Source: Amphiscolops sp. MND2022 (lineage: Eukaryota). From it: 64,000 nucleotides of DNA. Where the stretch lies: NCBI GenBank assembly GCA_964187785.1, contig OZ076413.1:44518001-44582000 (forward strand), written 5' to 3'. The first letter of the stretch is position 1. Each line of letters opens with the position of its first letter. The position numbers and the translations under genes are program-made. Positions 11,901-25,210 of this stretch are shown piece by piece. The notes beneath the pieces were generated by a model. The model was not told the origin of the DNA. It did no database searches and saw only the letters and a list, made by a program, of their open reading frames with translations.

Positions 11901-14714
11901 CGATAGGTGTGATCTCAGTTAAAACCTCCAAAACATCTGTTGCTTCAGGACTGTCACTTGGTGTTGTAGTTCCTGCAGACAACTTAACGCTGTCACCAGC
12001 AGTTATGTCTTTCAAAGCATCAAAGTCTTGTGGGTCTTGTTCACTCAAGTCCACGTTCGCAACAGCTTGAGAACTCTCAGTGGGTACAGTGTCCTGACTA
12101 GGAGCTTGCGCCTGCAGTTCCGCTTCGATGCCTGGTTCCACAGAGAGCTCCTTTGCCAGTACATCTTCTTCGTCATCAACTTCTTGGGTAGGCTCAATTC
12201 TGGTCATCACAACATCAGACGTTTTGACACCGAGTGTAATAGCTGGTTCTTCAACGCCCGTAGCAACTTGGGACTTTTCTTCATCGGGTACAACATCTGC
12301 TTTCTCAGGTTCGGCAACATCCAAATCGATAGGTGTGATCTCAGTTAAAGCATCTGTTGCTTCAGGACAGTCACTTGGTGTTGTAGTTTCTGCAGACAAC
12401 TTAACGCTCTCACCAGCAGGTATGTCTTTCAAAGCATCAAAGTCTTCTGGGTCTTGTTCACACAAGTCAACTTTCGCAACAGCATGAGAACTCTCAGTGG
12501 GTACAGTGTCCTGACTAGGAGCATGCGCTTGCAGTTCCGCCTCGATGCCTGGTTCCACAAAGATCTCCTTCGCCAGAACACCTTCTTCGTCATCGACTTC
12601 TTCTGAAGGCTCAGTTCTAGTCATCACAACATCAGACGTTTTGACACCGAGTGTAATCGCTGGTTCTTCAACGCCCGTAGCAACTTGGGGTTTTTCTTCA
12701 TCGGGTACAACATCTGCTTTCTCAGGTTCGGCAACATCCAAATCGATAGGTGTGATCTCAATTAAAGCATCTGTTGCTTCAGGACAGTCACTTGGTGTTG
12801 TAGTTTCTGCAGACAACTTAACGCTCTCACCAGCAGGTATGTCTTTCAAAGCATCAAAGTCTTCTGGGTCTTGTTCACACAAGTCAACTTTCGCAACAGC
12901 ATGAGAACTCTCAGTGGGTACAGTGTCCTGACTAGGAGCATGCGCTTGCAGTTCCGCCTCGATGCCTGGTTCCACAAAGATCTCCTTCGCCAGAACACCT
13001 TCTTCGTCATCGACTTCTTCTGAAGGCTCAGTTCTAGTCATCACAACATCAGACGTTTTGACACCGAGTGTAATCGCTGGTTCTTCAACGCCCGTAGCAA
13101 CTTGGGGTTTTTCTTCATCGGGTACAACATCTGCTTTCTCAGGTTCGGCAACATCCAAATCGATAGGTGTGATCTCAGTTAAAGCATCTGTTGCTTCAGG
13201 ACAGTCACTTGGTGTTGTAGTTTCTGCAGACAACCTAACGCTCTCACCAGCAGGTATGTCTTTCAAAGCATCAAAGTCTTCTGGGTCTTGTTCACACAAG
13301 TCAACTTTCGCAACAGCATGAGAACTCTCAGTGGGTACAGTGTCCTGACTAGGAGCATGCGCTTGCAGTTCCGCCTCGATGCCTGGTTCCACAAAGATCT
13401 CCTTCGCCAGATCACCTTCTTCGTCATCGACTTCTTCTGAAGGCTCAGTTCTAGTCATCACAACATCATACGTTTTGACACCGAGTGTAATCGCTGGTTC
13501 TTCAACGCCCGTAGCAACTTGGGGTTTTTCTTCATCGGGTACAACATCTGCTTTCTCAGGTTCGGCAACATCCAAATCGATAGGTGTGATCTCAGTAAAA
13601 ACCTCCAAAACGTCTGTTGCTTCAGGACTGTCACTTGCTGTTGTAGTTTCTGCAGACAAATTAACGCTGTCACCAGCAGTAATGTCTTTCAAATCATCAA
13701 AGTCTTCTGGGTCTTGTTCACTCAAGTCCACTTTCGCAACAGCATGAGAACTCTCAGTGGGTACAGAGTCCTGACTAGGAGCATGCGCTTGCAGTTCCGC
13801 CTCGATGCCTGGTTCCACAAAGATCTCCTTCGCCAGTGTACCTTCTTCGTCATCGACTTCTTCTGAAGGTTCAATTCTAGTCATCACCACATCAGACATT
13901 TTCACACCGAGTGCAGTCGCTGGTTCTTCACCGCCCGTAGCAACGTGTGGGTTTTGTTCATCGGGTACAACATCTGCTGTTTCAGGTTCCGCAACATCCA
14001 AATCGATAGGTGTGATCTCAGTAAAAACCTCCGATACGTCTGTTGCTTCAGGACTGTCACTTGGTGTTGTAATTTCTGCAGACAACTTAACGCTGTCACC
14101 AGCAGTTATGTCTTTCAAAGCATCAAAGTCTTCTGGGTCTTTTTCACTCAAGTCCACTTTCGCAACAACTTGAGAACTCTCAGTGGGTACAGTGTCCTGA
14201 TTAGGAGCTTGCGGTTGCAGTTCTGATTCGATGCCTCGTTCCACAAAGAGCTCCTTTGCCAGTACATCTTCTTCGTCATCAACTTCTTCTGAAGGCTCAA
14301 TTCTAGTCATCACCACATCAGACGTTTTGACACCGAGTGTAGTCGCTGGTTCTTCAACGCCCGTAGCAACTTGCGATTTTTTTTCATCGGGTACAACATC
14401 TGCATCTATCACTTTTACTTTTCTATCGAAAACGTTCTTCTCATCGTTTTTTTCTTCCGTTTCTCGGAAGGTATTCCAGTCGACATCTGGCTCATGGATT
14501 GGTACGGCTAGCAAGGGTGTGATATCACTGCCGACTTCCTCCACTGCGTTCGTCTCCAAAATCTCTCTTGGCACCAGTGCTTCAAGCTGGATTAAAAATT
14601 CCGGGTAGTTTATTGAATCTTCAGCCTCCGCTAGCATGTCATCATACAAGTCAACAGTTTCATCATCTAAGATCTGCGGTTCGCGACAGCGGTCAGGATT
14701 GAGCGATGTAGCGA
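5904..14714 (-). CDS. Giant gene 8.8-kb exon (phase 1-1), LYDDML domain plus about 20 copies of the 142-aa acidic repeat
   Basis: 2931-aa ORF without stops; acceptor ttttttcag, donor ATA G|gtaaga; 8811 bp. Confidence 0.9.
5915..14405 (-). repeat. Coding tandem array A: about 20 units of 426/423/417 bp
   Basis: Unit starts recur at 6191, 6614, 7040 ... 14231; all length variants are multiples of 3. Confidence 0.95.
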
Positions 14715-14983
14715 CTGAAAAAATTCAAATATGTTTCCTTAAGCCATTATTACCTATCGAAAAAAGTTAAGGTTCAAACTGAAACAAAGTTTTCAATGAT
14801 TTGTGGCGAAATGTGCAATTCTTTCTTACGATGGCTAGGATAAAACCTCTATCTGTGACTAAAATAACAAACTAACTTTGAAAAACGATGCCGAAACTAA
14901 ATAATGGTCATGTAATTAAATTTCAAGACTTTTGACAGGAAAAAGTGAAAGATGGAATATAAAACCGCGATCATCAGACTAAC

Positions 14984-15436
14984 TTTGTTTTTCGTTCTTC
15001 AGAGCATCCGGTAGAACCAACGCAAACGCCATTCCACTGGAAGTCGCGAAAGGTTTTATTTTTTCATTGCCAAAATCAAGATATTCATCGTTCAATATCG
15101 GCTCTGCCACTTCCATAGTACGTATATTGTCATCTGCTGCAAATTCCGTAGGACAAACGTTCTCCTGTAGAGGTTGGGGAACGGCCATGTCAACTGTGGT
15201 TTCCTCCTGAACCATTTTCGGCCACTCAAAGCTTGATGCAGCTGACTCCAAAATGCAGTCATTGCTCAAAACTAAAATTTCATTTTCTTTTGCTTTTTCC
15301 GTAGGCTTGGGCTTAAAAAACAAGGGTTCAAGGCTCTCCAAGCTTTCAGGAGCACCGAAATCTTCGCAAAGCTTTTGTTCCAAGTCCACTGCATTTTCAG
15401 TGTCTCTAATTGTCTCCACTTGAACGAATTCATCAT
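14984..15436 (-). CDS. Giant gene exon (phase 1-1), 151 codons, ends in KPFATSSGMAFAL; copy 1
   Basis: Acceptor tttgatgtttag, donor CAA A|gttagt; same translation as 884-1336. Confidence 0.85.
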
Positions 15437-15843
15437 CTAAACATCAAAGATTTTGTTGAATCTCAATTTGGAGAAAGCGAAACAGTATTGAATGTAATAC
15501 TAAACGAACCATATTTCTTAATGCAAGATGGATCAATTTTTCGGTACTCACTTTGGGTTTTTAATAGTATTTACCGTATCCTCGTAACGGAAGCTAACAT
15601 TAGGATCTAACGCCTAATTTTCAAAAAAACCTATATGACCGGGATCTAATGTCTAAGATCCAACAAGGTTTCGAAAGAAAAAACTATGCATGCTCGCACT
15701 CGCCGTCAAAGTGACGACTTCAGATCTTCAAATGACATGGTATTCTCGTTAGGGGCGTTTAGAGACAGCTCTCACAACATGAAATTCAAACATCAGCTAG
15801 TATGTTGCCCACAATTACAGAAAGAAATCAGAACGGAACTGAC

Positions 15844-18800
15844 CTTCTGGATCATCGCCTTTGCAGGTCATAACCAACCCAGGGACACCCATGGTTTCAA
15901 CCACCACGTCATCGTCTACCAGGAAGATGTATTTGTGTTCCGTAGTTTCTACAAAAGATGCATTATCAAGTCCCTCATCCTCGGTAGGCTCAATTCTGGT
16001 CTTCACAACATCAGACGTTTTCACACCGTGAGTAGTCGCTGGTTCTTCACCGCCCGTAGCAACTTGTGGTTTTTGCTCATCGGGTACAACATCTGCTTTC
16101 TCAGGTTCCGCAACATCCAAAACGTCTGTTGCTTCAGGACGGTCACTTGCTGTTGTAGTTTCGGCAGACAACTTAACGCTGTCACCAGCATGTATGTCTT
16201 TCAAAGCATCAAACTCTTCTGGGTCTTGTTCACTAAAGTCCACTTTCGCAACAGCTTGAGAACTCTCAGTGGGTACAGTGTCCTGACTAGGAGCATGCGC
16301 TTGCAGTTCCGCCTCGATGCCTGGTTCCACAAAGAGCTCCTTCGCCAGTACATCTTCTTCGTCATCGACTTCTTCTAAAGGCTCAATTCTAGTCATCACC
16401 ACATCAGACGTTTTCACACCGAGTGTAGTCCCTGGTTCTTCACCACCCGTAGCAACTTGTGGTTTTTGTTCATCGGGTACAACATCTGCTTTCTCAGGTT
16501 CCGCAACATCCAAATCGATAGGTGCGACCTCAGTTAAAACCTCCAAAACGTCTGTTGCTTCAGGACTGTCACTTGGTGTTGTAGTTTCTGCAGACAACTT
16601 AACGCTGTCACCAGCAGTTATGTCTTTCAAAGCATCAAAGTCTTCTGGGTCTTTTTCACTCAAGTCCACTTTCGCAACAGCTTGAGAACTCTCAGTGGGT
16701 ACAGTGTCCTGACTAGGAGCATGCGCTTGCAGTTCCGCCTCAATGCCTGGTTCCACAAAGAGCTCCTTCGCCAGTGTACCTTCTTCGTCATCGACTTCTT
16801 CTGAAGGTTCAATTCTAGTCATCACCACATCAGACATTTTCACACCGAGTGCAGTCGCTGGTTCTTCACCGCCCGTAGCAACTTGTGGTTTTTCTTGATC
16901 GGGTACAACATCTGCTTTCTCAGGTTCCGCAACATCCAAATCGATAGGTGCAACCTCAGTCAAAACCTCCAAAACGTCTGTTGCTTGAGGACTATCACTT
17001 GGTGTTGTAGCTTCTGGAGACAGCTTAACGCTGTCACCAGCAGTTATGTCTTTCAAAGCATCAAAGTCTTCTGGGTCTTTTTCACTCAAGTCCACTTTCG
17101 CAACAACTTGAGAACTCTCAATGGGGACAGTGTCCTGACTAGGAGCTTGCGCTTGCAGTTCCGCCTCGATGCCTGGTTCCACAAAGATCTCCTTCGCCAG
17201 TACACCTTGTTCGTCATCGACTTCTTCTGAAGGCTCAATTCTAGTCATCACCACATCAGACGTTTTCACACCGAGTGTAGTCGCTGGTTCTTCACCACCC
17301 GTAGCAACTTGTGGTTTTTCTTGATCGGGTACACCATCGGCTTTCTCAGGTTCCGCAACATCCAAATCGATAGGTGTGATCTCAGTCAAAACCTCCAAAA
17401 CGTCTGTTGCTTCAGGACTGTCACTTGGTGTTGTAGTTTCGGCAGACAACTTAACGCTGTCACCAGCAGTTATGTCTTTCAAAGCATCAAAGTCTTCTGG
17501 GTCTTTTTCACTCAAGTCCACTTTCGCAACAACTTGAGAACTCTCAATGGGGACAGTGTCCTGACTAGGAGCTTGCGCTTGCAGTTCCGCCTCGATGCCT
17601 GGTTCCACAAAGATCTCCTTCGCCAGTACACCTTGTTCGTCATCGACTTCTTCTGAAGGCTCAATTCTAGTCATCACCACATCAGACGTTTTCACACCGT
17701 GTGTAGTCGCTGGTTCTTCACCGTCCGTAGCAACTTGCGGTTTTTCTTGATCGGGTACAACATCGGCTTTCTCAGGTTCCGCAACATCCAAATCGATAGG
17801 TGTGATCTCAGTCAAAACCTCCAAAACGTATGTTGCTTCAGGACTCTCACTTGGTGTTGTAGTTTCTGGAGACAGCTTAACGCTGTCACTAGCAGTTATG
17901 TTTTTCAAAGCATCAAAGTCTTCTGGGTCTTTTTCACTCATGTCCACTTTCGCAACAACTTGAGAACTCTCAGTGGGTACAGTGTCCTGACAAGGAGCTT
18001 GCGCTTGCAGTTCCGCCTCGATGCCTGGTTCCACAAAGATCTCCTTCGCCAGTACACCTTGTTCGTCATCGACTTCTTCTGAAGGCTCAATTCTAGTCAT
18101 CACCACATCAGACGTTTTCACACCGTGTGTAGTCGCTGGTTTTTCACCGTCCGTAGCAACTTGTGGTTTTTCTTGATCGGGTACAACATCGGCTTTCTCA
18201 GGTTCCGCAACATCCAAATCGATAGGTGTGATCTCAGTCAAAACCTCCAAAACGTCTGTTGCTTCAGGATTGTCACTTGGTGTTGTAGTTTCGGCAGAAA
18301 GATTAACGCTGTCACCAGCATGTATGTCTTTCAAAGCATCAAACTCTTCTGGGTCTTGTTCACTCAAGTCCACTTTCGCTACAGCTTGAGAACTCTCAGT
18401 GGGTACAGTGTCCTGACTAGGAGCTTGCGCTTGCAGTTCCGCCTCGATGCCTGGTTCCACAAAGATCTCCTTCGCCAGTACACCTTGTTCGTCATCGACT
18501 TCTTCTGAAGGCTTAATTCTAGTCATCACCACATCAGATGTTTTCACACCGAGTGTAGTCGCTGGTTCTTCACCACCCGTAGCAACTTGAGGTTTTTGTT
18601 CATCGGGTACAACATCTGCTTTTTCAGGTTCCGCAACATCCAAATCGATAGGTGTGATCTCAGACAAAACCTCCAAAACGTCTGTTGCTTCAGGACGGTC
18701 ACTTGGTGTTGTAGTTTCTGGAGACAGCTTAACACTGTCACTAGCAGTTATGTTTTTCAAAGCATCAAAGTCTTCTGGGTCTTTTTCACTCAAGTCCACT

Positions 18801-20484
18801 TTCGCAACAACTTGAGAACTCTCAGTGGGTACAGTGTCCTGACAAGGAGCTTGCGCTTGCAGTTCCGCCTCGATGCGTGCTTCCTCAAGGAGCTCCTTCG
18901 CCTGTTCATCTTCTTCGTCATCAACTTCTTGTGTAGAGTCAAATCTTGTCACCACAACATCAGAAGTTTCGACACCAAGTGTAGTTGCTGGTTCTTCAAC
19001 GCCCTTAGCAAATTTTGGTTTTTCTTCATTGAACACAACGTCCGTTTTCTCAGGTTCCTCAACATCCAAATCGATAGGCGTGACCTCGGTGAAAACCTCT
19101 GAAAGGTCTGTTGCTTTAGGACTGTCACTTGGTGATGTAGTTTTAGCAGACAATTCAATGCTGTCACCAGAAGTTATGTGTTCCAAAGCAACAAATTCTC
19201 CTTTCAACGGATCAACGTTGTCTATAGGTTGCTTCGACTCACATTCATTAGAGGATTTTTCTGTTTGTTTTGGCATTTCATGAACTTCATCCCGGCAAAC
19301 ATCTTGAAAATTTTTGTTGGAGACTACATCTTCCTGTAATATCATTGCAAAGGCCATTCCACTGGATGTTGCAAAAAGTTTCACTCTTTCATTGTCCAAA
19401 TCACGACAAGAATCGTTCACTTCAGGGTCTATTCTTTCCATAACCTGCATTTCATGATCTGCGAACTCTGGAATCTTTTTGCCTACGTCTGCACTTGTAT
19501 CAAAAGGTTCTTCATTAATTGGGCTGTTTCCTGCGCTGGTGATCACTTTGCTAGGAGTTTCCTCAGACTCTGGTTTGTCAGCATCCAAATTTTTTGGGTC
19601 ATTGTCACGGCTGGTTGTCTCACTGTGGTCAGGTGTGGAATCTTCTTTTTCAGAATTGTCAGGTTTTCCACCCGATTTCTGATCCAGACCATAAAATCCT
19701 TCATTTTCACCCTCAGTGAAGATACTGTCTTCCGGGACTTCATTCAGAGACTTTACATCATCTTGCTCCAAATCATCATCAACCAAGCGCCACCACTCAG
19801 TGACTGGCTCTTCAATTTCAGGAAATAATACAGCTTTTATTTGATCAGTGTCCTCCAGGGGCTCTTCTGCGGTAGGTTGTAAATCTCTTTTTTCAAGTTC
19901 TTTTAATTTTTCTTTGAACTCTACATAGTCAATTACACTTCCTGATTCGACCAGTACGTCACTGAAACTTTCAATTTTTTCTTCCGTTTCATTGTTTGAT
20001 GGATCCCAAGGAGCGAGTTCTGTTTCTTTGCGGCAATCGTCTTGCAACTCACTTGGGGAAGTCGTTTCCTCCGAATCTGTCGTTCCGTGTGAAGAGCCAC
20101 TTCTTGTGTCGTCTTCTTCGTCCGCTTCTTTTTCGTTGTCTTCTTCTTTCTGCTTTTCAATATTGTCAATTTCTACCTCTTTTTCGTTTCTTCCTTCATT
20201 TTCGTCGTCTAAGTCTTCGGGCAATTCCTCAGTTTCCTTTATTTTCACCCATTCAAGATCTGGTTCTTCAAAGTTCAAAGGAACCACAGGCTCAATGTCA
20301 CTACCGACACTCTCAAAATAGTTTGTTTCCAAAACTTCTTTAGGGTTCAAGTTTTTAAGCTTGTCCAAGAAATCGTAATTGATGGGATCTGCAGCTTCTA
20401 GAAGCATGTCATCGTACAAGTCAACAGCCTCGTCATCAAAAAACTGCAGATCATGATTTCCTCCAGTATCGGACAAAGGGCGGA
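15844..20484 (-). CDS. Giant gene 4.6-kb exon (phase 1-1), LYDDML domains plus about 7.5 copies of the 142-aa acidic repeat
   Basis: 1553-aa ORF; acceptor gttgtttcag, donor GAA G|gtcagt; 4641 bp. Confidence 0.9.
15985..19190 (-). repeat. Coding tandem array B: about 7.5 units of the same 426-bp repeat
   Basis: Same motif (gatgcctggttccacaaag or close variant) recurring every 426 bp from 16317 to 18873; more diverged at the array edges. Confidence 0.95.
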
Positions 20485-21198
20485 CTGAAACAACTACATT
20501 GAATCATTTGCAGTAACAAATTCACAGAAAGTGGACATCACGAAACAAACGATAGAATTTTCAAAAGTTCAATGCGTTTATTAGAAGTTTTGAAACAACG
20601 CAACGATATGAAACAAAAAGTTGTCATATGTAACTTTTACTTGACATGTTTTGGCTTTTCAAGCATTTAATTACGAAATCATAATTTTACATTCTCAAAT
20701 GTAAAATTAATTAAACGCCCTTGAGATTCGTGATACTTCCCGCACTTGAATAAAGTGGCGGCATCATAGTTAAAGGATTCAAACGTACCTGACACACCAC
20801 ACCACTTTTTTTGGAAAACTCCAAATTTCAAAGAGGTTATGTAGATAAATTTTTTGTCGCTGACTTCTGTGGATTCATACCAACAAAAATACAAAAATCT
20901 ACAATCAAAAATGCATAAAGATGTAGAGAAGACTGAAAATGTGTCCCTTTTTGATACATTTTTGGGCAATGTTGATCCATTTTTTGCACCGTTTCATGCC
21001 TTTCCTTCAAAAGTACAAGTTTTTTCTATCAAACACAAATGTTACGAACCTAATGTTTCCGCCGTTGAGTTCTGTGGAAAATTTGCCGTCTTCTGAGTAT
21101 GCAATTGGAGCAAAATTAAGGGCTTAGAGAAGAATTTCGTTTACCATATCAAAAATTGTTGCATAAAAACATGAAAGTCATTTCCGCGTCAAACTCAC

Positions 21199-21417
21199 CT
21201 GAGTTGTCGTTCTCAATATCATCCGGTGATGCCATTGCAAAAGCCATTCCACTGGATGTCGCAAAGGGTTTCATTATTTCTTTCCTTTCCGTTTCCAATT
21301 GGGAACATGTGGAATAACTTGTTGCAGATGAGGGCGTCAAATCTTTCTTTCCGCTAAGTTCGCCGCTATCATGTGCCACAGAACAATTTTTAAAAACTTC
21401 GCAATTTTGCGGGAAAC
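21199..21417 (-). CDS. Giant gene small exon (phase 1-1) with KPFATSSGMAFAM motif
   Basis: Acceptor tgtgttgacag, donor TCA G|gtgagt; 219 bp; motif shared with five other exon positions. Confidence 0.8.
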
Positions 21418-21892
21418 CTGTCAACACATAATAATGAATGATACTTATAAGGATAATTTTTATCAATTCATCAGTTCTTAAAAAATTCCTCTTTTGCGTA
21501 AGCAGCAGAACACACTTATTTTGGATCATGTATAAACACTATATGCAGTTCCTATCGAAGCAGCTAGTACATGACGTGGTTTCCGCTTCAGATAAAGCTG
21601 TGCCTTTTGTTGATTTATTTGTTTAATTTGATGAACTTATTTGCGCTTTTTCCTACGTCAATTACACTTATTGTATGAGAAGAGCCAGCTATCCCTATGC
21701 AAAAAAAATAGTTTTTCCTCCCTCAAAAGAAGCATCTGAGCATCTACTTCGTGAAAAGAACTGACGAAGTAGGTAATTACATGTAAAACCTCAAATTCTT
21801 ACTTTGGACCACGTTTTCACTTTCAAGTTGCAGTCATTCAATACAGAATGAAAGAGGTCATAAAAAAGATGAATTTTTCCATAAAATCGTAC

Positions 21893-23824
21893 CTTCAAGC
21901 GTTTCTTTGTCGTCTCCTGCGTCGCAAACTTGATCGACTTTGCTTGTTACTATGTCAACATTGTTATCCTCTGCAGTGTCTTCGGATTTCTTAGGGGAAA
22001 GTTGTGCAGATTCCAAAGGCTCATCTATATTGACATCAACATGTTCTTTGTCTCGGGCTTCTTCTTCTAACGGAATGACGTTGTTTATAGGCTGATCTAA
22101 TTCAGCATCATATTTTTCGGAGATTGTTTCTTCAGTTTCTAAGGCTGTTTCTTTATCTTCATTCGGCGAAACATCTTGAGAAACCTCTTCTTCTGTGCCA
22201 TATTCAACTATTGGATCAATATGGTTACATGGCTGATCGATCACTTTATCATAAATGCTCTCATCATCGTTGCGAAGTTGCGGTTCCTTAATCTCAGCTA
22301 CCAACTTTTCGTCATCGTATTGCGGCATTTGTTGAGTTAAATCGTCAATTTCTTCCCTTTCTTTTTCTTTTGGATCTACCTGAGAGACTGCAAGATGCAT
22401 CTCGTTTTCTCCTGAAGTCGTTTCGGGGTCAACTTTGAATTCACTTGGATGTTGAGAATGCTCTTTTTCAAAAGCAGCAAGATTTTGCAGCTCGCTGTCT
22501 TCGCAAATCACAGGCTCAGCCCTATTTGTTGCTGTTTGTGCTACGGCATCGTCTGAACAGTGTGTTTCTGTTTCAAAGTAAGGCTTTACGATTTCTGCTT
22601 TTTCGTTTCCGCTGACATCATTAACTTCTTCATCGCATTGGATTGCTTCTTTGTTGAGGACTACATCATCCTGTAATACCATTGCAAAAACCATTCCACT
22701 GGATGTTGCAAAAGGTTTCGCTCTTTCATTGTCCAAATCACGACAAGAATCGTCCAATTCAGGGTCCATTCTTTCCATAACCTGCATTTCATCATCTGCG
22801 AACTCTGGAATCTTTTTGCCTACATCTGCACTTGTATCAAAAAAGTCTTCATTAATTGGGTTGTTTCCTGCGCTGGTGATGACTTTGCTAGGAGTTTCCT
22901 CAGACTCTGGTTTGTCAGCATCCAAATTTTTTGGGTCACTGTCACGGCTGGTTGTCTCACTGTGGTCAGGTGTGAAATCTTCTTTTTCAGAATTGTCAGG
23001 CTTTCCACCCGATTTCTGATCCAGACCATAAAATCCTTCATTTTCACCCTCAGTGAAGATACTGTCTTTCGGGACTTCATTCAGAGACTTTACATCATCT
23101 TGCTCCAAATCATCATCAACCAAGTGCCACCACTCAGTGACTGGCTCTTCAATTTCAGGAAATAATACAGCTTTTATTTGATCAGTGTCCTCCAGGGGCT
23201 CTTCTGCGGTAGGTTGTAAATCTCTTTTTTCAAGTTCTTTTAATTTTTCTTTGAACTCTACATAGTCAATTACACTTCCTGATTCGACCAGTACGTCACT
23301 GAAACTTTCAATTTTTTCTTCCGTTTCATTGTTTGATGGATCCCAAGGAGCGAGTTCTGTTTCTTTGCGGCGATCGTCTTGCAACTCACTTGGGGAAGTC
23401 GTTTCCTCCGAATCTGTCGTTTCGTGTGAAGAGCCACTTCTTGTGTCGTCTTCTTCGTCCGCTTCTTTTTCGTTGTCTTCTTCTTTCTGCTTCTCAATAT
23501 TGTCAATTTCTACCTCTTTTTCGTTTCTTCCTTCATTTTCGTCGTCTAAGTCTTCGGGCAATTCCTCAGTTTCTTTTATTTTCACCCATTCAAGATCTGG
23601 TTCTTCAAAGTGCAAAGGAACCACAGGCTCAATGTCACTACCGACACTCTCAAAATAGTTTGTTTCCAAAACTTCTTTAGGGTCCAAGTTTTTAAGCTTG
23701 TCCAAGAAATCTTCGTAATTGATGGAATCTGCAGCTTCCAAAAGCATGTCATCATACAAGTCAACAGCCTCCTCATCAAAAAACTGCAGATCATGATTTC
23801 CTCCAGTATCGGACAAAGTAGGCA
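21893..23824 (-). CDS. Giant gene exon (phase 1-1), two LYDDML-type domains plus KPFATSSGM motif
   Basis: 655-aa ORF; acceptor gttgtttcag, donor GAA G|gtacg; 1932 bp. Confidence 0.85.
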
Positions 23825-25210
23825 CTGAAACAACAACATTGAAACCGTTAGAATTACAAACTTATGGAAGCAGAACGTTTAAAATTTATCGACACAGTTT
23901 CTCTGTGAGGTATTAATCTTTATGACCGTTACCTTAAGGCAAAAGTTGAACAGTTAAACAAACTGCCTAACGGAACTCTTTTAATCGCTTCAGAATGGTT
24001 TAGAACACCTAAAAACCTTTGTTTCTTTTCAATAAATTGCGCTGTTTTAATGTTTCAAGTTTTAAAAATCATATACAGGCAACTCCGGCAGAGTTTTCAC
24101 ATTTACCATAACGGTTTTGTAGGCTTGGAAATTGGTTGATTCTTCTTTGTATCAGTTTTACGCATTTCCGCAAAAGTTTAATTGGAATTAATTGTATCAT
24201 TTGTAAGACCAACTGTGAAACATTGGTGAATTGCTATAATGAACATTCGAAGTTCGAAAAATGTAACTTTAGAGTTTTTGATTTTGAGTCAATGAGAGCG
24301 GAACAAGACAGCATCAAGTCAAAATCTCCCAAGTTAAAATCTCGGAATTGTGATTCGCTTCGTTCACGTACCGATAATGCCCTAAATGCAAGAGTGAAGC
24401 GAAGCGGAGCGACGTGCCAGTCCTGGTTTTGACAAAGTCCCTGGAGGGGCACGAAGCAGTCCGGAAGGTGGGAGATTTGTGCTTCAAACGAGAGCAATCA
24501 TGAAAAAATGAACATCAAATACCAAAAAATGCTGTTATGATGATATCCTAGCTTGTTTGATGGAAATCGGTACTTTGATTCAGGAGCGGGCAACAAATTC
24601 AACAACCTAGCGTTAATTGATTACGTTATGCTAGTTTGCCATGTATGACTAAAGCAATTTAGTCCATAAAAGGAGCATATTATAGTCTGATTTGAATGTT
24701 CTTTTCTTTTACATGGTCATTCATACATCACCATATATAACTTTTTATGATTTTGTATGGAGGTCAACCCGGGACTGTTCATTCAGCAAGACAATTTTAG
24801 GTTTTTGTGTCCAAGCAGCCTTTGGGACTATCATAGCATAGGCTGTTTGGGACCTCACGATCGAATCGAAAAAGTCTTCACTCAGCTTGAATGAAAATGA
24901 AGAAAACACGGAAGCTGGCTAATATTTTGAAATTAAATAACAACGAGACCCCTGAAAACCAGCAAAAAATTTCAGACCACGCAATGTTTTCGACTGAGGC
25001 CTTGAAAAAAAAATAGAAAGTTCAAGAACAGGCAAGTGTCCATTCAAAAAAACTTTGAGGCAAAAAAGTGTGAAATCATCGAATTTGTTAATCGAGGAGA
25101 AATTCGTCAAGAGAAGTGTTTTGGGAAATGGTCCTAGAATGAGATTTCTTTCAATCGACGAACTTATTGGATCGAAATAGTTTAAAAGTACATGCGAAAA
25201 GTACACTAAC

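Larger units (their letters stand above)
19335..23840 (-). repeat. About 1.17-kb duplication: 19335-20500 vs 22672-23840 (5' part of two exons including their acceptors)
   Basis: Near-identical translation from SDTGGNHDLQFF to KPFATSSGM in both ORFs. Confidence 0.9.

Noticed and set aside
5915..14405. Regular repeat array as CRISPR or non-coding satellite
   Set aside because: No unique spacers or cas genes; units are contiguous, frame-preserving and lie inside a spliced ORF.
6191..19283. Dozens of + strand ORFs (MPGSTKISFAS..., MGFFFIGYN...)
   Set aside because: Antisense shadows of the minus-strand coding repeat; they recur with the unit and have mirror-codon Ser/Thr or Phe-rich composition.
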